DNA from: a virus
Length of the DNA: 58,315 nt
Direction: 5' to 3' (one strand)
Virus record (IMG/VR): IMGVR_UViG_3300045988_153046
The position numbers and the translations under genes were made by a program. Under the pieces are notes generated by a model that saw only the letters and a program-made list of their open reading frames with translations, was not told where the DNA came from and made no database searches. Of the stretch, positions 53,614-58,315 are shown piece after piece (within the stretch, counting starts at the first letter, position 1; each line of letters opens with the position of its first letter).

Positions 53614-53642
53614 TTGACAATGGTATATAGGGGGTATATTAT
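53614..53642 (+). promoter_or_regulatory. Sigma-A-type promoter
   Basis: TTGACA-N17-TATTAT. Confidence 0.7.
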
Positions 53643-53686
53643 GAAGATAATCTAAGAGATACAAACTGAAAGCAGGAGGTAAGGAT

Positions 53687-53875
53687 ATGACACAGGAACA
53701 AGTAAAGGAATTAAAGGTAGGTAGCAGAGTAGTGGATCTTTTAGAGGATACTCTGGAGGTAGTAAAGATAGATGGGCTCTTGTATGAGCTTAAGTGGGTG
53801 CGTGAGGATGGAACGCTCTCACAGGGTAGCCAGATAGCAGTACCCTCACACTTTGAGTATATGAGATTGGCATAA
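53687..53875 (+). CDS. Hypothetical protein
   Basis: ATG after AGGAGG. Confidence 0.5.
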   Translation: MTQEQVKELKVGSRVVDLLEDTLEVVKIDGLLYELKWVREDGTLSQGSQIAVPSHFEYMRLA

Positions 53876-53887
53876 GGAGGAGATATT

Positions 53888-54112
53888 GTGTTAGAGAATA
53901 AGATCAGGAGATATAAGATCATGGATGCACATAGAGCTCTCATTAGAAAAGGGCTCTACAGACAGGCTCAGCTTGTTATGAAATCTTTAGCAGATGGTAA
54001 GGTTACTCTCTGGCTGGATGATGATAGCTGGGCGGTAGAGAGCCTCCTAGAGGGGATGGGATGCCGTATTTGGTATGATGGTAGAGGAAATAAAGCAGTA
54101 GCTCATGTATGA
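53888..54112 (+). CDS. Hypothetical protein
   Basis: GTG after AAGGAGG. Confidence 0.45.
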   Translation: MLENKIRRYKIMDAHRALIRKGLYRQAQLVMKSLADGKVTLWLDDDSWAVESLLEGMGCRIWYDGRGNKAVAHV

Positions 54113-54125
54113 GGAGGTGGCTTAG

Positions 54126-54278
54126 ATGTTTACAGTATATATTAAGAGTGCAGGAGTAAAAAAGTTTCTTACTCAGTTTGAAACAGAGGCACAGGCGGAG
54201 AGTTTTTGTAGATCTTACGGATGGGAGTATGTTGATGAGAATGAGTTTGTATGGGATATGGACTATGAGGAGGTATAG
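54126..54278 (+). CDS. Small hypothetical protein (50 aa)
   Basis: Hand-read; ATG after GAGGAGG. Confidence 0.45.
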   Translation: MFTVYIKSAGVKKFLTQFETEAQAESFCRSYGWEYVDENEFVWDMDYEEV

Positions 54279-54281
54279 GTT

Positions 54282-54461
54282 ATGATTAAGTGTGTTCGGT
54301 GTGGGGATGAGTATAATGCTGAGGATCTTAGAGAGCTTAGGGAGATGGGAGAGGAATATAACAAAGAGCCTTTTCTTTGTCCTGATTGCTGGGATGATTT
54401 TCATAGGTTAGATAGTGAGGATCAGTTAAAGTACTTAGTAGCGGGTAGATATGATTGGTAA
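54282..54461 (+). CDS. Small zinc-ribbon protein (59 aa)
   Basis: CVRCG ... CPDC; hand-read; ATG after GAGGAGG. Confidence 0.5.
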   Translation: MIKCVRCGDEYNAEDLRELREMGEEYNKEPFLCPDCWDDFHRLDSEDQLKYLVAGRYDW

Positions 54462-54618
54462 AATCCCATCTGATGATGATCTACTGGGCATAGATCGAAA
54501 CCTCCTTTTAGGAGGTCATGGGAGCCCATCGGCAAAGAGGGAAAGATGCCGCCTCTTTTACATAGATTGTACTTTGATAACTACATACTGAGGACAGGTG
54601 CGGAGATGCTGTGGGTAC

Positions 54619-54647
54619 TTGAAAATATTATATAGCTGGTATATAAT
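54619..54647 (+). promoter_or_regulatory. Sigma-A-type promoter
   Basis: TTGAAA-N17-TATAAT. Confidence 0.7.
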
Positions 54648-54663
54648 TTAGGAGGCGGCGATT

Positions 54664-55116
54664 ATGAGAGGAATGGAGATAAGGGATAGGGCAGATTTAT
54701 ACAAGAGCTATTTTAGTGATTGTAAGGCTGTAGAGCCTGTAAAATCCCTTTTACATAAGGGAGTACCTGTAGATAAGCTTGATGCTCTTGAGGCAATTAG
54801 AGCCCTCAATACTGAGTTATCTGATTTGTACATGGTAGAGATCCCTGTTATCACTTGCTGGGTAAGGGATAGTAACTATGTGCCAGAAACTAGAGAGATA
54901 TATCTTACTGAGCCTGATCTTAAAGACTTTCTCCACAATTTCAGACATCATTTACAGAATATTGAGCGGCGATATGAGCGGAGAGGGCTCACTACAGAGG
55001 GAAATCAGGAGATAGCTCAAATGCCCTATAAGGATTGCTTGTACAAGCTGAGGGGTGAGGATGATGCTATAGCGTGGAGTAAAATGCTTTTAGATATTTG
55101 TAATTATAAATCATAA
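54664..55116 (+). CDS. Hypothetical protein
   Basis: ATG after AGGAGG. Confidence 0.5.
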   Translation: MRGMEIRDRADLYKSYFSDCKAVEPVKSLLHKGVPVDKLDALEAIRALNTELSDLYMVEIPVITCWVRDSNYVPETREIYLTEPDLKDFLHNFRHHLQNIERRYERRGLTTEGNQEIAQMPYKDCLYKLRGEDDAIAWSKMLLDICNYKS

Positions 55117-55128
55117 GGAGGTAGCGGT

Positions 55129-55377
55129 ATGAAATGCCCTAAGTGTGGCAGTGAGAATGTATCTGTACAGGTGGTTACAGAAACGGAGCTAAAGGAAAAG
55201 AAACATGGTGTTATCTGGTGGGTTTGTGTAGGTTGGTGGTGGATACCTATTAAGTGGCTTGTGTTCACTTTGCCAGCATTGATTATAGCCATTTTCAAGC
55301 CTAAGAAGTACAAGACAAAAACACATACTAAGAAAATGGCAGTGTGCAATAATTGCGGTAAGAGCTGGAATGTGTAA
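55129..55377 (+). CDS. Membrane zinc-ribbon protein
   Basis: CPKCG ... CNNCG flank a Trp-rich TM segment. Confidence 0.55.
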   Translation: MKCPKCGSENVSVQVVTETELKEKKHGVIWWVCVGWWWIPIKWLVFTLPALIIAIFKPKKYKTKTHTKKMAVCNNCGKSWNV

Positions 55378-55405
55378 GTAAATCCTATTTTAGTAAAACA
55401 GGTAG

Positions 55406-55443
55406 AGAGCTGATCTAAGTAAAGGATCAGCTCTTTCTTTTTG
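55406..55443 (+). terminator. Rho-independent terminator
   Basis: AGAGCTGATC / GATCAGCTCT 10-bp stem, T-rich tail. Confidence 0.85.
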
Positions 55444-55474
55444 TCTAAAAAAGCCCTTTCAATGTGATTATATT
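55444..55474 (+). promoter_or_regulatory. Bipartite motif copy 12
   Basis: TCTAAAAA-N12-GTGATTATATT. Confidence 0.55.
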
Positions 55475-55482
55475 AGGTATCA

Positions 55483-56328
55483 ATGAAAGAGAGGAGGGTT
55501 AGTGGGGTGAAAGAAAAGAAACGGATAACTTCTACAGATATTAAGGTTGCTCTCAAAGAGATGCACAATAGCAGATCTACTTATTTTATTACTGAGTGCA
55601 AAACCTGTAGTACATACTTTCCAGATCCTCAGGGATTACTTATTTTTGATGGGTTGGCTATTACAAAGAGCTATACTAAGCCTTGTATTGTCGGTTATGA
55701 GATTAAGGTTAGCAGGAGTGATTTTCTGGGGGATAATAAGTGGCATTTGTATCTCCAGTATTGTAATGAGTTTTTCTTTGTAGTGCCTAAGGGGTTAGTT
55801 TCAAAAGATGAGCTCCCTGAGGGTGTGGGGCTTATCTATTATGATCCAGATGCTAAGCAAGAGCTGAGAACAGTTAAGAAAGCTCAGTACAGGAAGATTG
55901 AGGAGCCTGTAGGGGTGTATAAGTATATAATTTATAGCCGCCTAGAGGAAGATAGGATACCCTTTTATGAGGACAGGGCTACTTATGCTGAGGATTACAT
56001 TGAGGATAAATCTTACAAGAAAGCTATAGGAGATCAGCTAGGCTCTAAAATGGCAGTAGAGCTACAGGGTGCTCTAAAAAAGCTGGATAGCCTATCTCAT
56101 GTGGAGCAGGAAGTTGAACGCTGGAGAAAGGTTGAAAAGGTACTTAGAAAGCATAATATTTTTAGATGGTATTGGGGAAATGATGCAGTGGAGGATAAAT
56201 GGCTAGAGGATCTGGATGAGGCTCTTAGTGGCTCTGTATTGCCTAGAGATGTAGATACTTTGGAGAGACAGTTGCTAATAGCGTTGGATACTGTAAAACA
56301 GCTTAAGGAGGGTAATGCGGATGATTAA
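55483..56328 (+). CDS. MmcB-like PD-(D/E)XK protein
   Basis: GYEIKVSRSDFLGDNKW..YLQYCNEFFFVVP; GTG 55507 is an alternative start with better RBS spacing. Confidence 0.6.
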   Translation: MKERRVSGVKEKKRITSTDIKVALKEMHNSRSTYFITECKTCSTYFPDPQGLLIFDGLAITKSYTKPCIVGYEIKVSRSDFLGDNKWHLYLQYCNEFFFVVPKGLVSKDELPEGVGLIYYDPDAKQELRTVKKAQYRKIEEPVGVYKYIIYSRLEEDRIPFYEDRATYAEDYIEDKSYKKAIGDQLGSKMAVELQGALKKLDSLSHVEQEVERWRKVEKVLRKHNIFRWYWGNDAVEDKWLEDLDEALSGSVLPRDVDTLERQLLIALDTVKQLKEGNADD

Positions 56329-56515
56329 GGCTGAGTATAAGGGTATCTCTGATGAAATTTTAGGCTGTGATCTGAGAAATGGTAAGGTGTATCCTATCTC
56401 TACATATTGCAGTAAAAATAAGTTGGTGGTAAGGGTTATGAGGCTGGAGTTTGAGTATCGTAACCTTGAGGAGTTTTGTAAGTATTGGAGAGTGAGGGCG
56501 GTTTGTCATGGGTAG
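56321..56515 (+). CDS. Hypothetical protein
   Basis: ATG 9 nt after AAGGAGG. Confidence 0.4.
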   Translation: MIKAEYKGISDEILGCDLRNGKVYPISTYCSKNKLVVRVMRLEFEYRNLEEFCKYWRVRAVCHG

Positions 56516-56855
56516 AGCGGAAAGGCGTAGAATAGAAAAAGAGAAAGGTAAGGCTCAAAAAGTATATACTCTCACTCAGGCTCAGATAGATGCTATGAAA
56601 AAAGCGGCGGTAGATGAGGCGGTAAGTACAGGGTTTATCCTTATGTTAGCCATACCTATTACAATTCTCCATGATAAATACTGGGTGAAAACCGCTAGTA
56701 AGAAATTGCCTAAGTTTGTAGATCAGTGCTTAGATCTCTATGATAGCTATAATAAGGGGTATGTAACTCTTGATGATCTTAGAGCTACTCTTTGGGAGGA
56801 GGGCGGTATTAGGATTGAGAGGTCTGATAATTTAGGAGGTAGTAAGGAGGGATAA
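56508..56855 (+). CDS. Hypothetical protein with one TM helix
   Basis: ORF in the operon. Confidence 0.4.
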   Translation: MGRAERRRIEKEKGKAQKVYTLTQAQIDAMKKAAVDEAVSTGFILMLAIPITILHDKYWVKTASKKLPKFVDQCLDLYDSYNKGYVTLDDLRATLWEEGGIRIERSDNLGGSKEG

Positions 56856-56859
56856 TACT

Positions 56860-57072
56860 GTGATAGGTATAAAAAGTGCATATAAATCATGTACCCTTTT
56901 AGAATGCCCTGTAGGATTATTTCTATCTATTGACAAGAGTGAGTTATGCTTAAAGACTGAGTATGGATTGGATGCTTATATAGTTTCTACTGGAGAGGCA
57001 TTTTGTGGAGGGGCTACTACTACAGAGGAGTTTGCTAAGGTAAGGGTTATTCCCTGTACGCTTATCTATTAG
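56860..57072 (+). CDS. Hypothetical protein
   Basis: GTG after AAGGAGGG. Confidence 0.4.
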   Translation: MIGIKSAYKSCTLLECPVGLFLSIDKSELCLKTEYGLDAYIVSTGEAFCGGATTTEEFAKVRVIPCTLIY

Positions 57073-57084
57073 GAGGTTGTGAGA

Positions 57085-57519
57085 GTGAATAACAGTACTA
57101 GAGCTAAGAGCTCTAAACAGGAGAAACGGATAGCAAAAGCTCTAGACGGGCGGCAAGTGATCGGATCAGGCTCTACCCCATTTCTTAAGGGTGATGTAGT
57201 AGCGGGTAAGCTCTTTGTAGAGGCTAAAACAAAGATGGAGCTTAGCAAGAGTATCTCTGTTAAAAAAGAGTGGTTGGAAAAGGCTAAGGAGCAAGCTCTT
57301 AGTACTAGAAAAGAGGATTATACAGTAGCTATTTCTTTTGGTGAGCCTAAGGAGTATTACATACTTGAGGATAGTTTTTTTGAAGATCTGTATAAGGCTA
57401 GGGAGGCTCTTAGGGCGGTAATAGATGAGATTGGCGGCTTAGAGGATCATCCATTGGGGCTAGAGAGCGGAGAAATACACAGTATAAAAAAGGTGATAAG
57501 GGGGAGGTATGGTGGGTAA
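57085..57519 (+). CDS. PD-(D/E)XK nuclease, Holliday-junction-resolvase-like (putative)
   Basis: GSGSTPFLKGDVV...FVEAKTK matches a D...E.K core. Confidence 0.5.
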   Translation: MNNSTRAKSSKQEKRIAKALDGRQVIGSGSTPFLKGDVVAGKLFVEAKTKMELSKSISVKKEWLEKAKEQALSTRKEDYTVAISFGEPKEYYILEDSFFEDLYKAREALRAVIDEIGGLEDHPLGLESGEIHSIKKVIRGRYGG

Positions 57520-57724
57520 GGACTGGTGCAAGAGGTTAAGGCAGAGGTTTTGTAGGCACAGCTACTCAGCTATTAACCTTGAAACTACACGATATAAACA
57601 CAATATCATTTTTTCTAATAGGTGTGTGAAATGTGGCAAAGTTTATAGTATGTGGGTAAGTGAGTGGGATATTGATATTTGGCTTAAAAGCGATTTAATG
57701 CGGAGGATGAGTGGTAATGAGTGA
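57509..57724 (+). CDS. Hypothetical protein (CxxC pair)
   Basis: ORF in the operon. Confidence 0.4.
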   Translation: MVGKDWCKRLRQRFCRHSYSAINLETTRYKHNIIFSNRCVKCGKVYSMWVSEWDIDIWLKSDLMRRMSGNE

Positions 57725-57851
57725 GTGTTGTGGTACTTGTGCTTTTAATCGGTACTCTGATGGAGAGTTTGTATGTGGAAATTCTGAGAGTGAGGCTTAT
57801 GGATGCCCTACTGCTTACTCTGATAGTTGTGAGGAGTATGAGGAAAAATGA
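57718..57851 (+). pseudogene. Small Cys-rich protein, apparently frameshifted
   Basis: MSECCGTCAFNRYSDGEFVCG, then the -1 frame reads NSESEAYGCPTAYSDSCEEYEEK* ending at 57851. One extra A at 57780-81 would join them. Confidence 0.35.
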
Positions 57852-58162
57852 GAGCTAAGCGAAATCTGAGAGAGCTAAATTATAAGGTGGCTGATTATTA
57901 TGGGTATGAGGCTCAGAGTAATCAGCTAGTAGAGGAATGTGCAGAGCTCATACAGGCAGTAAATAAGTATAGGAGAGCTAGAGGTATAGGGCAAGCTACT
58001 CCAGTGGAGCTCATGGATGCTAAAGCTAATCTAATTGAGGAGATTGTAGATGTAGAGGTGATGCTGGAACAGGTTAAGTATTTGCTACATATCTCAGAGA
58101 TGGATCTGCTTGCAGTGAGGGATAAAAAGATGAGCCGTACTTTAGAGCGGATGAGCACATAA
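57848..58162 (+). CDS. MazG-like nucleotide pyrophosphohydrolase
   Basis: QLVEECAELIQAVNKYRR ... LIEEIVDVEVMLEQ matches the EExxE/ExxD metal-binding helices. Confidence 0.65.
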   Translation: MRAKRNLRELNYKVADYYGYEAQSNQLVEECAELIQAVNKYRRARGIGQATPVELMDAKANLIEEIVDVEVMLEQVKYLLHISEMDLLAVRDKKMSRTLERMST

Positions 58163-58175
58163 TTACTTTTTAATG

Positions 58176-58211
58176 AGAGAGGGTAACTCCTCTCTTGTTT
58201 TTTTTTTTTTT
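58176..58211 (+). terminator. Strong rho-independent terminator
   Basis: AGAGAGG / CCTCTCT stem followed by T14. Confidence 0.85.
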
Positions 58212-58315
58212 GCGCTCTAAAGATACCCCTCAAAAGTGATTAGGTTAAAGCATGAATACAAAGGCAAGGAGGGTTATTTGATGGGCGTTGCTGAGGATGT
58301 ATTAGAGTATCTGAA
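58197..58315. repeat. Terminal redundancy (copy of 1..119)
   Basis: Exact identity with the window start. Confidence 0.95.
58216..58246 (+). promoter_or_regulatory. Bipartite motif copy 1 repeated within the terminal redundancy
   Basis: Same sequence as 20..50. Confidence 0.6.

Noticed and set aside
20-55474. Whether the 12 repeated motifs could be a CRISPR array or a transposon/MITE family
   Set aside because: The copies are kilobases apart and not regularly interspaced. They have no flanking inverted repeats or target-site duplications. All sit in the same orientation at gene starts.
1-58315. tRNA, rRNA or tmRNA genes, and a second DGR variable region
   Set aside because: Reading the intergenic gaps, I saw no cloverleaf-like sequence with a T-loop GTTCRANYC and no second copy of the TR-like sequence. 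This is by eye only; tRNAscan-SE and a TR self-BLAST would settle it.

Overview
The window is one complete, terminally redundant phage genome. The unit is about 58,196 bp, and nt 1-119 are identical to 58197-58315. It is a temperate-type, contractile-tailed dsDNA phage. The host is most likely Gram-positive (Bacillota/Clostridia-like), judged from AGGAGG ribosome-binding sites, TTGACA-N17-TATAAT promoters, a PBSX/Xkd-like tail-to-lysis gene order and an amidase+LysM endolysin. All credible genes but one lie on the + strand.

Gene order:
- Small regulators, lytic transglycosylase, ParB-like protein.
- terS, terL, portal, a MuF fusion protein, scaffold, capsid, connectors.
- Sheath, tube, -1 frameshifted chaperone, tape measure, baseplate, tail fibre.
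- A diversity-generating retroelement (DGR): VR in the fibre C-terminus, TR, and RT. No Avd was seen.
- XhlA, holin, endolysin.
- A frameshifted large serine integrase.
- SNF2, DnaD-like, DnaC-like, DnaB, Rha and XRE proteins, and one minus-strand repressor.
- Primase, a phage sigma factor, SSB-like protein, PolA, MT-A70 methylase, Cas4-like nuclease, RecU-like and RecA-like proteins, a frameshifted PAPS-reductase-like gene, MmcB-like and MazG-like proteins, and many small ORFs.

The most notable non-genic signal is 12 copies of a rigid bipartite motif, TCTAAAAw-N12-sTGATTAGGTT, at operon heads. Its variable 12-nt spacer is often complementary to the downstream RBS. Three apparent 1-nt frameshifts in short base runs suggest sequencing indels may be present.
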